A DNA stretch of 64,000 nucleotides from a virus (taxonomy: Duplodnaviria > Caudoviricetes), in the IMG/VR virus record IMGVR_UViG_3300031867_000031, positions 18,332 to 82,331 of that record, one strand, 5' to 3'. Below the pieces are notes generated by a model that was not told the origin of the DNA, did not search any database, and saw only the letters and a program-made list of their open reading frames with translations. Position 1 is the stretch's first letter. Each line of letters opens with the position of its first letter. A program made the translations under genes and the position numbers. Shown one piece after another: positions 36,410 to 45,647 of this stretch.

Positions 36410-36771
36410 TTAGAAAGAACGGATACTATAAACTAAACATTGACGATTTTGTTAAAATTTGTAAGCATTTTGGCTTAAATCCAAATAGTACCACAGTTCA
36501 AACTTTTCCCGGAATGATGTTTTCGGAATATCGTTTCTATGATATTTTTACTAATGCTGAGTTAGTATCATTTTATGATCATGATGGAATGTTTCGAACT
36601 AGAAAGAATGCTACTGATTTTTATGAAGAGCCTATTAGCAACGTTCTTGGTAAAAATCCTGATATGCCTCCATCCGATATGATGAGTGCTATTAAGAAAA
36701 ATGTTCACAAAGCACCCGCAAAGATTCGGCAAAAAATTGCTGAAACTAAACAGCAAATAGCAGATAAGTAG
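36406..36771 (+). CDS. Hypothetical protein
   Basis: ATGA-coupled ORF. Confidence 0.5.
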   Translation: MIRKNGYYKLNIDDFVKICKHFGLNPNSTTVQTFPGMMFSEYRFYDIFTNAELVSFYDHDGMFRTRKNATDFYEEPISNVLGKNPDMPPSDMMSAIKKNVHKAPAKIRQKIAETKQQIADK

Positions 36772-36892
36772 TTCGCAAAAATTACCATTCCTTTAATGAG
36801 GAGATAGGAGAGTGAAGTACGTTGAGATTATACGAGAAGCTCTCCTTTATATTTTTCCTCACTATGCAAATCTCTTGAAAGGAGAAAAAATT

Positions 36893-37147
36893 ATGGCAGC
36901 GGATCCCAACACGACTAGCGATACAAATACTTATGAGGATGATACCCATCGCTATACAAAGGTTGACGGGAAGTATATTCGCAAGATGGTTAATGATTGG
37001 ATTGACGATAATCCCGGCAAGACTATTGGGTTTATATTTCTTGCTGGGACTGTCCTTACTTGCAAAGTCTTTCAGAATATTTGCACTAGGGCAGTGTACA
37101 AGGGTAATCTGCGTACCATTAAGTATTTGATGAAGTACTCTAAGTAA
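36893..37147 (+). CDS. Small membrane-anchored protein
   Basis: AAAGGAG RBS; one TM; promoter motif at 36772. Confidence 0.55.
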   Translation: MAADPNTTSDTNTYEDDTHRYTKVDGKYIRKMVNDWIDDNPGKTIGFIFLAGTVLTCKVFQNICTRAVYKGNLRTIKYLMKYSK

Positions 37148-37185
37148 ATGATATTTTATAAGCTCAATAGAAAGCGAGAACTAAA

Positions 37186-37644
37186 ATGATTAAGAAGTAT
37201 ATTCATTATGGTGACACTGAATTCAAACTAGATAAATTCAATCCTATTGCTAATTGTGTATGCTTCAGCAAACCAGAGGGTGGATTGTGGGCAAGTCCTT
37301 GTGACTCGGATAATAATTGGTACGAATGGTGTATGGATAATCATTTTCGTATAGAACGTTTAATTGATTCGTTTATATTTACTATTAAGGACAATGCTCA
37401 AATTTTGAGTATTAAAAGCCATGGTGATCTAGTCCGCCTTAAGCAAAATGGTTTGTGCTTAGATTTTAGTTCTCGGTATTCATCTGCAAGGGATGAATTC
37501 TATCTGGACTTTGAGAAACTTCTCAAATTGGGTTGCGATGCAATAGAGGTTTATATTCGGGATACAATCTATATGGATCTCTATGGATGGGATTGCGATT
37601 CTTTGTTGGTTCTTAATCCGGATTGCATCATTCCAATAAAGTAA
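37186..37644 (+). CDS. Conserved phage protein with a possible ADP-ribosyltransferase-like fold
   Basis: YIHYG...KPEGGLWAS...WYEWC...GCDAIEV...LYGWDCDSLLVLNPDCI; the fold is inferred. Confidence 0.4.
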   Translation: MIKKYIHYGDTEFKLDKFNPIANCVCFSKPEGGLWASPCDSDNNWYEWCMDNHFRIERLIDSFIFTIKDNAQILSIKSHGDLVRLKQNGLCLDFSSRYSSARDEFYLDFEKLLKLGCDAIEVYIRDTIYMDLYGWDCDSLLVLNPDCIIPIK

Positions 37645-37792
37645 GTTTATATTTGGTGGGTGTCAGGTTTTGCACAGGAGACTGACATAAAATCCAGAAA
37701 GTGTGTTTGATATTTGGTACTACTCGATCGAGACACTATAGAACCTAGGCTATAGTGGGCTGCTAGTACCGTAGGGGCAACTGGATATTTTT

Positions 37793-37899
37793 GGAGCCGT
37801 ATAGTATGCAAAGTGGTTGGTTGAATCCGAGAGAGATTCGTAAAATGAGTCCAACCGCATGGGTTCGACGGTATGATTAGATTGGTGGGGATCTAGTCG
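37793..37899 (+). ncRNA. Structured intergenic RNA, copy A (GGYGGGG-loop family)
   Basis: GTGGTTGG/CCAACCGC stem, inner GAATC/GATTC hairpin, 3' hairpin GATTAGAT-TGGTGGGG-ATCTAGTC. Confidence 0.5.
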
Positions 37900-37931
37900 T
37901 TTTATATTCTTGAACAGAAAGCGATTTGGTC

Positions 37932-38123
37932 ATGGCTATTCATAAAGATGTGGAAGCGCATTGTCCGAGATGTGATACTGATGTTCATTTCCAAATTAAT
38001 ATGCGATATGTTGATTATAACGGCATCATTCCATGTTTGAGATGTCCTAGATGCAATATTGAATGTCCGGCATATGCGTTTAATGAGTTTTTAAGAACTG
38101 GAAAGATAGTTATTGGCGTGTAG
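37932..38123 (+). CDS. Small Zn-finger protein (paralogue of 39735)
   Basis: HCPRCD...CLRCPRC. Confidence 0.65.
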   Translation: MAIHKDVEAHCPRCDTDVHFQINMRYVDYNGIIPCLRCPRCNIECPAYAFNEFLRTGKIVIGV

Positions 38124-38130
38124 ATAATTT

Positions 38131-38206
38131 GCGCCCTTAGCTCAGTTGGCAGAGCAGGGGACTTTTAATCCCAAGGTCATGGGTTCGAGACCCATAGGGC
38201 GCACCA
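38131..38206 (+). tRNA. tRNA-Lys(TTT)
   Basis: Full cloverleaf: GCGCCCT/AGGGCGC, loop CTTTTAA, T arm ATGGG-TTCGAGA-CCCAT, encoded CCA. Confidence 0.95.
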
Positions 38207-38219
38207 TTTATATTTTTAT

Positions 38220-38311
38220 GGAGCCGAATAAGTATGTAGTTGGTAGTCGAATGACTTTAAACTGAAGCCAACTGTAGGAAAAGGCATGGCTAGATAGGGC
38301 GGGGATCTGGT
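38220..38311 (+). ncRNA. Structured intergenic RNA, copy B (GGYGGGG-loop family)
   Basis: Same layout as copy A with covarying stems: TGTAGTTGG/CCAACTGTA, AGTC/GACT, GCTAGAT-AGGGCGGGG-ATCTGGT. Confidence 0.5.
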
Positions 38312-38344
38312 TTATATTTCAAGCTCGAGAGAAAGCGAGAGGTA

Positions 38345-38614
38345 ATGAAAGTTGTAATCAATGATTGTTTCGGCGGTTTTTCTATTAATCATGAAATCGC
38401 TAAACAATATTTTAATGGCGAATGGTATGAAATAAAACGAACCGATCCTACTCTAATCTCTTTGATAGAGTCGGGTATAGACTGCAACGGTTCAAGTGCA
38501 GAATTGAAAGTAGTAGAAATTCCTGAGAATGCTACTGATTGGCGTATGATTGAATACGATGGAGCAGAGTACATCATATATGTAGTCGACGGTAAAATGC
38601 ATTCTATTTATTAA
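38345..38614 (+). CDS. Conserved phage hypothetical protein
   Basis: MKVVINDCFGGFS...RTDPTLI..IE...LKVVEIP...W...EYDGAE. Confidence 0.65.
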   Translation: MKVVINDCFGGFSINHEIAKQYFNGEWYEIKRTDPTLISLIESGIDCNGSSAELKVVEIPENATDWRMIEYDGAEYIIYVVDGKMHSIY

Positions 38615-38801
38615 TGATGTTTACGGGAGACATTTATTGTCACAATGCCTAAAGTTGTAGGGAGTTCTGGTGGGGTTAGGCATTTGAATATTTATGGGTG
38701 AGTTCCCGCCATTGGAAGCGTTCTAGAGTAGGCTTCTAATGGATAGGTGTTAGTGCAACTCGGACTAGTAGCGGGGATGGGTCTACTAGTGAATTATATT
38801 T

Positions 38802-38885
<84 letters not shown>

Positions 38886-38919
38886 TTTATATTTTTAACT
38901 CTTCATAGAAAGTAACAAA

Positions 38920-39162
38920 ATGATTACTATAAACATTAGCCGTGATGATGCAATTTATCTGCAGGCAATTTTGCAAAGTGATAAGAACGAATATTGTGAT
39001 GGTATTATAAGCCTTGAAGAAATTATGCAAACAGATCCTGATAGACTACTTGGTAAAAGAAAGCAAACGCCAAGCGAGGCCATTGAGACTACTCAAAAAG
39101 CCGTCGGTGTTTTAGACCGAGTACTTGATCAATTGGCGCAAAATATTCAAACTAAGGAATAA
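38920..39162 (+). CDS. Hypothetical protein
   Basis: 80-aa ORF after tRNA-Leu. Confidence 0.5.
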   Translation: MITINISRDDAIYLQAILQSDKNEYCDGIISLEEIMQTDPDRLLGKRKQTPSEAIETTQKAVGVLDRVLDQLAQNIQTKE

Positions 39163-39328
39163 AATGTTTATTTTTAATCGAGGGATAGAACCATGAACGA
39201 TCCTGACGATTTTACTTTTTTAGAAAAAGTATTAATGATACTTAGTTATATTCTCGTATTCGCGTTAATTTTTAAAACGTCTGGATAAGCAATGAATAAT
39301 ACAACAGCTCTAAAGAAAGCGAAACAGC

Positions 39329-39748
39329 ATGAGTAATGAAAAACGAAATCAAGAAATTTTTAATCTTAAAGAAAGTGGCATGTCATATTCGCAAATAGGA
39401 TCCAAATTTAATCTTTCTAAAGAACGAATTCGTCAAATTTATTTAAAAGAACAGCGTCATATAGAATCCGAAGAACTTCATGTCAAAGCAGTAAATGGCA
39501 CTATCGTGTATACTTTTTGGGATGCGTTAATAGATGTTTGTGAAACTAAATCGCAAGCTGTACGAATTCACAATTGTCTTAATCGGGCTGGCATCATTCA
39601 TGAAATAGAAGTTGGAAGTGGTTCTTTGGATTCGTATTCTGATGAATTGCTGCTATCTATTCGAAATTTTGGAGTGCTATCATTGATATTTTCAAGAAGA
39701 GCGTATAAGAAATTCGTGGAAAAGAGACAAGCTAATGTCAATTCATAA
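39329..39748 (+). CDS. Sigma70 region-4-like HTH fused to an alpha-CTD-like domain
   Basis: RNQEIFNLKESGMSYSQIGSKFNLSKERIRQI and RIHNCLNRAGI...YSDELLLSIRNFGVLSL. Confidence 0.7.
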   Translation: MSNEKRNQEIFNLKESGMSYSQIGSKFNLSKERIRQIYLKEQRHIESEELHVKAVNGTIVYTFWDALIDVCETKSQAVRIHNCLNRAGIIHEIEVGSGSLDSYSDELLLSIRNFGVLSLIFSRRAYKKFVEKRQANVNS

Positions 39749-39926
39749 GACCATTTCTGCTCATTGTCCAAAATGTGACAACGATGTTGATTTTGAAATT
39801 AACATGCGGTATGTAGATTATGATGGAATAATTCCGTGTCTAAGATGTCCTCAATGCAATATTGAATGTCCGGCATATTCATTTAGCAATTTTTTGAAAA
39901 CTGGAATAGTTCGAATTGGTGTGTAA
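39735..39926 (+). CDS. Small Zn-finger protein (paralogue of 37932)
   Basis: HCPKCD...CLRCPQC. Confidence 0.65.
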   Translation: MSIHKTISAHCPKCDNDVDFEINMRYVDYDGIIPCLRCPQCNIECPAYSFSNFLKTGIVRIGV

Positions 39927-39935
39927 AATGTTTAT

Positions 39936-40011
39936 GCGCCCTTAGCTCAGTTGGTAGAGCAGGAGACTTTTAATCTCAAGGTCATGGGTTCGAGACCCAT
40001 AGGGCGCACCA
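39936..40011 (+). tRNA. tRNA-Lys(TTT), second copy
   Basis: Cloverleaf almost identical to 38131; anticodon stem differs by compensatory changes; CCA. Confidence 0.95.
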
Positions 40012-40044
40012 TTTATATTTTTAATTAAAAGGAACAAGAATTGT

Positions 40045-40242
40045 ATGAATAATTGGAATAAATATTTTATTAAAGATGTATTACTTGTATCAATTGTGTC
40101 TACCATCGGATTTGTTTACTCGATTAGTGAAATGGCTAAGCTATGGTTTAATTATATATTTAATCCGATGCAGCTAATGCTAGTAGCTATATGTTTGTTC
40201 ATCATTCTTACAATTGTATTTATATTTGCAGGAAGAGTTTAG
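40045..40242 (+). CDS. Small two-TM membrane protein
   Basis: AAGGA RBS; two hydrophobic helices. Confidence 0.55.
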   Translation: MNNWNKYFIKDVLLVSIVSTIGFVYSISEMAKLWFNYIFNPMQLMLVAICLFIILTIVFIFAGRV

Positions 40243-40259
40243 ATACCATGCTGATTAAT

Positions 40260-40331
40260 GGCCTTGTAGCATAACGGTTAGTGCAGCCGGCTCATAACCG
40301 GTGGATCAGAGTTCAACTCTCTGCGGGGCCA
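40260..40331 (+). tRNA. tRNA with CAT anticodon (elongator Met or Ile2)
   Basis: GGCCTTG/CGGGGCC, GCCGG-CTCATAA-CCGGT, T arm CAGAG-TTCAACT-CTCTG; followed by CCT, not CCA; lacks the initiator 3 G-C pairs. Confidence 0.85.
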
Positions 40332-40367
40332 CCTATTGATATTTTAGCTCACGAGAAAGCAAGATCA

Positions 40368-40799
40368 ATGAATACTAAAAAGATGGTAAAATTTAATCCG
40401 AATGATATTTTAGAAAAATTGGAAAATCTAGGTATCAAACAATCGTATTTGGGTAATCAGAATTCTATTTACTACATCGGATATTCTAATGCGATTATTA
40501 GCAAAGCATTTAGAACTGGTATGATACATCCAGATGTCTTAGACAAAATCGAAACATTAATTACATATTTAAGTAATCCATGTTTAAAACGACCAACTAT
40601 CATTAACTTTGTAGAATTACAAACTCGTAATGATATTCTACAAAAACAAGTAGATTCTCTAAAAGATCGAGATGCTGATAAAGTAAAAGAGCTCACAGAC
40701 ATAATCAGACAAGTATCAACTGATCTAACAGTCTATAGCGAGCAATTTCTACGTGCCAGCAATTTCTTAGACTATTCTATAAAAAAAAAAAATAACTGA
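40368..40799 (+). CDS. Putative HTH (XRE-like) protein with coiled coil
   Basis: GIKQSYLG..NSIYYIGYSNAII, similar to 41322. Confidence 0.45.
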   Translation: MNTKKMVKFNPNDILEKLENLGIKQSYLGNQNSIYYIGYSNAIISKAFRTGMIHPDVLDKIETLITYLSNPCLKRPTIINFVELQTRNDILQKQVDSLKDRDADKVKELTDIIRQVSTDLTVYSEQFLRASNFLDYSIKKKNN

Positions 40800-40813
40800 T
40801 ATTTGTGCTTAAT

Positions 40814-40886
40814 GCCCCTGTAGCTCAGTGGATAGAGCAGAGGTCTTCTAAACCTAAGGTCGCAGGTTCGAATCCTGTCAGGGGCA
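40814..40886 (+). tRNA. tRNA-Arg(TCT)
   Basis: GCCCCTG/CAGGGGC, loop CTTCTAA, T arm GCAGG-TTCGAAT-CCTGT; followed by CCT. Confidence 0.92.
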
Positions 40887-40914
40887 CCTATTGATATTTT
40901 AGGAGTATGGCATC

Positions 40915-41061
40915 ATGACAGTAAAAGAATTAATAGAAATTCTAAAAAAGTATGATCCAGAATTGAAAGTTATGATCGCCAGTGATGAGTTTGGCGATAT
41001 TGAGCTAGAGATTCAAAACGTTTGGCAAAACAATATTGATGGTGGTCCATTAATTGGATGA
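40915..41061 (+). CDS. Small phage protein (48 aa)
   Basis: Hand-translated MTVKELIEILKKYDPELKVMI...; AGGAG RBS. Confidence 0.6.
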   Translation: MTVKELIEILKKYDPELKVMIASDEFGDIELEIQNVWQNNIDGGPLIG

Positions 41062-41101
41062 TCTTTATAGGAATAAAAAATGATTTATATTTGGAGAAAT
41101 T

Positions 41102-41299
41102 ATGAAAATTGGTGTAGGTGCAACAGACGGTAAGCGATACGAATTGCTACAAGAATTTCCATCCGTAAATGATGCCGTTCAGCAAATAAAAGAAGCCAAT
41201 AGAATAGCAAATGCACAAAATCCTATCGAAATACCATGCAAGAATGACTATTATATTTTTAGTCATTGCGTAGTATCCGTATATCCAATACTTTATTAA
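41102..41299 (+). CDS. Hypothetical protein
   Basis: GGAG RBS; 65 aa. Confidence 0.5.
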   Translation: MKIGVGATDGKRYELLQEFPSVNDAVQQIKEANRIANAQNPIEIPCKNDYYIFSHCVVSVYPILY

Positions 41300-41321
41300 A
41301 ATGATACATTTGGAGATTTAA

Positions 41322-41639
41322 ATGCCAAATTGCGGAATACATTATCCAATAAATCCGGAATGGTTTAAAGAAGCATTAGATGACAGAGGAATAAGTATCC
41401 GAAGTTTAGGAAATCCAGATTCTATATTTTTTATTGGACTAAGTGATAAAACTATTTTTAGGGGACTAAAAAACGGATGGTTTTCTGAAAAAACTTTAAA
41501 TAAATTATCTGATATTTTAGATATAGAAGACTTTTTAGTAAAGCCAGACTATGAAACAGAATTAGAAATTCTGAGACAAGAAAATAAAGAACTTCGAACA
41601 ATTATATCCAAAATTAAAAGTTTAATTGGAGAAATATGA
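41322..41639 (+). CDS. XRE-like HTH protein
   Basis: RGISIRSLG...LSDKTIFRGLKNG...TLNKLSDILDI. Confidence 0.55.
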   Translation: MPNCGIHYPINPEWFKEALDDRGISIRSLGNPDSIFFIGLSDKTIFRGLKNGWFSEKTLNKLSDILDIEDFLVKPDYETELEILRQENKELRTIISKIKSLIGEI

Positions 41640-42013
41640 AAAAGATGGGCGTTTGTCTCTCAATTATACTTGCAATCACTATTATATTTCTAACCCTGCC
41701 TGGTTGTACTGGTTGTACTGAAGCAGAACGCAAATCGACCGAGATTAGTCGTGAAGCAGACGAATTCAAAACTCCAAGAAAACTAACAATCATCAATACT
41801 CGTACTGACAAGATTGTTTTAGAGTTTATAGGAACGTTCTCGGTTCAGTCGAGTGCTGGAGCTATTGATATTTTGTGTGCTGTTGGCAAAGACAAATATG
41901 AAAAGCATTTCTTCACTCTAAATGACTGGACGATCTACGTTGTAGAAGACATTTCAAGTAATGGCGGGGACTTATATTTTCGACAAATCAAATACTATCC
42001 AGAGAATCAGTAA
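41636..42013 (+). CDS. Putative lipoprotein
   Basis: Basic N-terminus, hydrophobic signal, LPGC/TGC lipobox-like motif; beta-rich body. Confidence 0.65.
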   Translation: MKKMGVCLSIILAITIIFLTLPGCTGCTEAERKSTEISREADEFKTPRKLTIINTRTDKIVLEFIGTFSVQSSAGAIDILCAVGKDKYEKHFFTLNDWTIYVVEDISSNGGDLYFRQIKYYPENQ

Positions 42014-42059
42014 ACATTCTAACGAGATTATTAGAATGTATTGAAAGAATGGTTCTTAT

Positions 42060-42359
42060 ATGATAGAACGATATATTGATCAAATAAAAGCGCTTCAGAA
42101 TCTTGGTTATACTACAATGGAAATAGCTAAGAAGTTACACATTAATCCGACTAGTTTACGTTGTTACTTTCATACTCATAGGGAATTATTCCCAAGACAA
42201 AGATCATATAGAACAGTATCCGAAGAAGAAAGTGCAGATTTTTATAAAGAATGTATTGACGAAGGGTTGACTCAAACCGAAATAGCAAAAAAGCATAATG
42301 TTGCTCCAGAAACTGTGCACCGTCATATTTTAAAACAAATTAAGAAGCATTCAAAATGA
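42060..42359 (+). CDS. Tandem HTH DNA-binding protein
   Basis: GYTTMEIAKKLHINPTSLR and GLTQTEIAKKHNVAPETVHR. Confidence 0.7.
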   Translation: MIERYIDQIKALQNLGYTTMEIAKKLHINPTSLRCYFHTHRELFPRQRSYRTVSEEESADFYKECIDEGLTQTEIAKKHNVAPETVHRHILKQIKKHSK

Positions 42360-42409
42360 TTGACTATATTTTACCTGTTCAGCAAGAAGTTAAATCAGGA
42401 GAGTCTATT

Positions 42410-42961
42410 ATGAGTCCGATTCACAATGGTAAAGGCATGATTGTAATTGGTTATCAAGGAATTGGTAAAAGTACTCTAGCATCAAAGCGAGATGGTATTA
42501 TTGATCTCGAATCTAGTAATTTTAAAATCGATGGCGAACGTGATGAAAATTGGTACATTATATATTGTCGCATAGCAGTATCGCTTGCTTGTCAAGGCTA
42601 TATTGTTCTAATCTCGTCACATGAGTGTGTTAGATCGGAACTTCGAAAGTACAATCCTAATAATCCTAAAGACAAGTATACAGTTGTGATTATTTGCCCG
42701 CATTATGTTCTCGAGGATCAATGGATACAGCGTCTACATAATCGTTATATTCAAGATCGATCCGATAAGAACTATGCTGCATGGAAAGACGCTGAAGCGC
42801 ATTTTGTCGATTCGATCCAGTCAATGACGCAAGGTGTAGTATTCTCTATTATACTTTTGGATTCTATGGACTACGATCTTGGCGGACTTATTATGTCTCT
42901 TTATCGAGCTAGTCAACCTAAAACACATTTTTCACAACGAATTCGAGAAGAAGGATGTTAG
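42410..42961 (+). CDS. P-loop NTPase/kinase
   Basis: IGYQGIGKST, IDLESS. Confidence 0.7.
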   Translation: MSPIHNGKGMIVIGYQGIGKSTLASKRDGIIDLESSNFKIDGERDENWYIIYCRIAVSLACQGYIVLISSHECVRSELRKYNPNNPKDKYTVVIICPHYVLEDQWIQRLHNRYIQDRSDKNYAAWKDAEAHFVDSIQSMTQGVVFSIILLDSMDYDLGGLIMSLYRASQPKTHFSQRIREEGC

Positions 42962-42968
42962 ATATTTT

Positions 42969-43130
42969 ATGGATAGACCAACTTTTGAAAAATTCTATCA
43001 TATATTGATAGCTATTCAAGTTATTGTTGGTTTGGTAAATGATGAAAGTTTTAGATTTTGGATATTTCATTTTCTAATTTTCACAATATTAGCCGCCTTA
43101 CTACTTATAGTATCTAACCGTACAGAATAA
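42969..43130 (+). CDS. Small two-TM membrane protein
   Basis: Hydrophobic 53-aa ORF. Confidence 0.5.
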   Translation: MDRPTFEKFYHILIAIQVIVGLVNDESFRFWIFHFLIFTILAALLLIVSNRTE

Positions 43131-43156
43131 TAGCTCTTGAAAGGAGAATTATATTT

Positions 43157-43363
43157 ATGGCAATGGAAGATATTGCATCACGTTTTAAATTCGTTAAGAT
43201 GAATGACGAACAAAAGCGGGCATCCGAAAAGATTCGAGAAGAGGTTCTTAATCTAGCAGACATTACTGATATTTATTGTCCAGATAGTCGAGAGAAATCT
43301 CTAGCATTAACTAAACTTCAAGAGTTTATGTTCTGGGCAAATACATGTATTTCGCATAACTAA
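43157..43363 (+). CDS. Acb2/Tad1-like helical-hairpin protein (putative immune-signal sponge)
   Basis: CPDSREKSLALTKLQEFMFWANTCI resembles the (A/K)TKL.E..MWA motif of T4 Vs.4/Acb2-type proteins; 68 aa. Confidence 0.6.
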   Translation: MAMEDIASRFKFVKMNDEQKRASEKIREEVLNLADITDIYCPDSREKSLALTKLQEFMFWANTCISHN

Positions 43364-43408
43364 TAATTATATTTTCATAGTCAATACTCAAAAGAAAGTG
43401 AAAAGATC

Positions 43409-43945
43409 ATGACACAGGAAGTTAAGGTTGCTATTATTGCTACAACTGGTATGGTTGCTATAGTAGGTGCACTTATTTATTCCAACCATGCTGAAAAGAA
43501 ACGTCAACTTAAAACAAAGCAGGAAAATCGAAAGCTTGAAGCTGAGACAAAGCTCAAGCAAGCAGAGATTGAAGGGACATATCCTCCAGAGTATTGGATT
43601 GCCAAGAAGGCTGAGGCAGAAGCTGATGCGCAAGTTCGTCAAGCGCGCATCGAATCGGAAGAGCGTCTTAAGATAGATCAGCGCAATAGAGAAGATGCTG
43701 ATCGAAAGGCTCAGAGAGAATTCGAGAAGGATGCTCCTGAGTCATATTGGCAGCATAAGCGCTTCAAGGAAGAAGAGGAGACCAAGCGTAAGCAACTTGA
43801 GATTGATGATCAGCGCAGGCGTCGTCTCGAGGAGCAGGAACGTGATATTGCTGCTAAGCAGGCTAAGTCTCTTGAAGAGGGAACCAAAGCTCTAGAGAAA
43901 GCACTTCGAACTGCTAACTACGCATCCACTATGTTTGGGTATTGA
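43409..43945 (+). CDS. Membrane-anchored coiled-coil protein with an internal repeat
   Basis: N-terminal TM; two P.E.YW motifs. Confidence 0.6.
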   Translation: MTQEVKVAIIATTGMVAIVGALIYSNHAEKKRQLKTKQENRKLEAETKLKQAEIEGTYPPEYWIAKKAEAEADAQVRQARIESEERLKIDQRNREDADRKAQREFEKDAPESYWQHKRFKEEEETKRKQLEIDDQRRRRLEEQERDIAAKQAKSLEEGTKALEKALRTANYASTMFGY

Positions 43946-43952
43946 TATTTTA

Positions 43953-44045
43953 GCCGGGAGCAGCGGTGTAGCCGATGTAGGAGCTATACTCGGGAATGAG
44001 ATCTGCACGAGATAGTACATGGCGTAATTAGGTGGGGACTATCTC
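43953..44045 (+). ncRNA. Structured intergenic element (GGYGGGG-loop family)
   Basis: GTGTAGC/GCTATAC hairpin and GAGATAGT...GGTGGGG-ACTATCTC. Confidence 0.4.
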
Positions 44046-44084
44046 AATTATATTTTTAAATCTTTATAGAAAGCATTCCATAAA

Positions 44085-44372
44085 ATGATTGGTAATGGAG
44101 TAGACATGTATGATCTTGTCGTCAACATACACGATAAGATGGATATTCGTTTGACACCAATGCCTGAAAAAATTTGGATAGGAGTAATCGAAAAGATGAA
44201 TCCTTCTCCACCAGTTCCCAGAAAGAAAACCAAATGTTATAGCCGACGTCAAGTATATTTGTATAATGGTCGACGCGTGTTCAGTATGGTTCGAGATTAC
44301 GAAAAGAACGAATTCGATTTCTATTATATTCCAGATGACGAATTGTGCTTCATAGAGAAAGTAATGCTATGA
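44085..44372 (+). CDS. Hypothetical protein
   Basis: 95-aa ORF. Confidence 0.5.
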   Translation: MIGNGVDMYDLVVNIHDKMDIRLTPMPEKIWIGVIEKMNPSPPVPRKKTKCYSRRQVYLYNGRRVFSMVRDYEKNEFDFYYIPDDELCFIEKVML

Positions 44373-44932
44373 CATTTTTACATCAACTATTCGAATTAAG
44401 AAAGCGTGGACCAGAACGTCACGATTGTACTGCTCCATACGACGTTATATTTAGACTACCGAATAGACACCCAACTGTTAACCAATTTCTAAATAGCATT
44501 ATAGCTCATAAGGATGAATGGGGGAAAGTACATATTTCACCTGGCTCAGCATACACTACTGTATGGGATCTTATGGGTTATCATGGAAAGATTGACAGTC
44601 TTGAATACCGTTGGGGTGAATGGGTCAAAAATTATGATATTTTTGTAGAGAAGTATGGTAATCGAAAGATCAAATCTGCTACAGCTGATGGCGGATGGTC
44701 ATTGATGGATTACACACTTCTTTTAGAGGATGACGATATGAAGTATGAAGAATTCGGCGATATTGATATTCCAGCGGATTTCGAATTTTCCATAAAAGAT
44801 GGTCGATCATGTATCGAACGAATGCATGAAGAAAAGTTGTTAACCACGTCTGAGTATAATTCTGTAATGACTATTATCGACGGTGCAGAAGCACGAAAGT
44901 ACGAATCTATAAAGGCGTTAAATAATGGATGA
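44369..44932 (+). CDS. Hypothetical protein
   Basis: Coupled ORF; TVNQFLNSI...EWG...SLEYRWG...ADGGWSLMDY. Confidence 0.55.
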   Translation: MTFLHQLFELRKRGPERHDCTAPYDVIFRLPNRHPTVNQFLNSIIAHKDEWGKVHISPGSAYTTVWDLMGYHGKIDSLEYRWGEWVKNYDIFVEKYGNRKIKSATADGGWSLMDYTLLLEDDDMKYEEFGDIDIPADFEFSIKDGRSCIERMHEEKLLTTSEYNSVMTIIDGAEARKYESIKALNNG

Positions 44933-45215
44933 CAACGAACTTACTTTTAATTTTTTAAAAGGCCCGTTCCCGGAAAAGATAGTTTTACACAGACTAATTA
45001 CAACTGTCGATGAACAAAAGACAGAAGAATTATATTTTAAACGAGTCTATTGCTATGCGATTGTACACATGTATGATGAAGATAATGTTGTAGGAAGTTG
45101 CATATGTTCTAATTGCAATAACTCATTGGGCCTTTTTGAAAAGTTTTGTCCGCATTGCGGAGCAAAAATTCAAGGAAAGAAAATTTTAGATAAGGATGGT
45201 AATGAAATTGATTGA
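44925..45215 (+). CDS. Zn-ribbon protein
   Basis: CSNC...FCPHCGAK. Confidence 0.7.
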   Translation: MDDNELTFNFLKGPFPEKIVLHRLITTVDEQKTEELYFKRVYCYAIVHMYDEDNVVGSCICSNCNNSLGLFEKFCPHCGAKIQGKKILDKDGNEID

Positions 45216-45303
45216 CTATTAACATTGATATTTTCGCAAAATTTACTCTTTATTAGTTGACCGGACCAGCAATGGTCAGAAAAACTCTTGAAAGGAGATA
45301 GGA

Positions 45304-45546
45304 ATGGATACGGTCAAGAATGCACTGGGCAGGATTAAGAACTTTATATTTGGCATGAAGACTGAGCAGAAGATGAAGTTCGCAGCTTCGTTGCTTATGC
45401 TGTTCGGCAGCAGCGCATTGGCGTTGTCTGCTGCTCAGGATAGTGATGATGACATGATTGATATTTCTGATCAGGCCGAGGTACTGGATAGTTCTGAGGT
45501 TGTCGAGACGATCGAGTCCGATACTATTGAGAGTGATACCGAGTAA
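45304..45546 (+). CDS. Small protein with TM/signal and acidic tail (cassette gene)
   Basis: Promoter motif at 45233, AAAGGAG RBS, terminator at about 45578-45600. Confidence 0.6.
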   Translation: MDTVKNALGRIKNFIFGMKTEQKMKFAASLLMLFGSSALALSAAQDSDDDMIDISDQAEVLDSSEVVETIESDTIESDTE

Positions 45547-45647
45547 ACTGATATTTGTTAATGTCGGTCAGAAAGTAAGGAGTCTGAATAAGGCTCCTTA
45601 CTTTTTTACTTTTTTATTACTATTTATATTTTTGTTAGGAGAAAACA

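Noticed and set aside
40781-40792. A12 run as a phase-variation switch
   Set aside because: It lies in the last few codons of the ORF, so slippage would change only the extreme C-terminus; may be a homopolymer read error.
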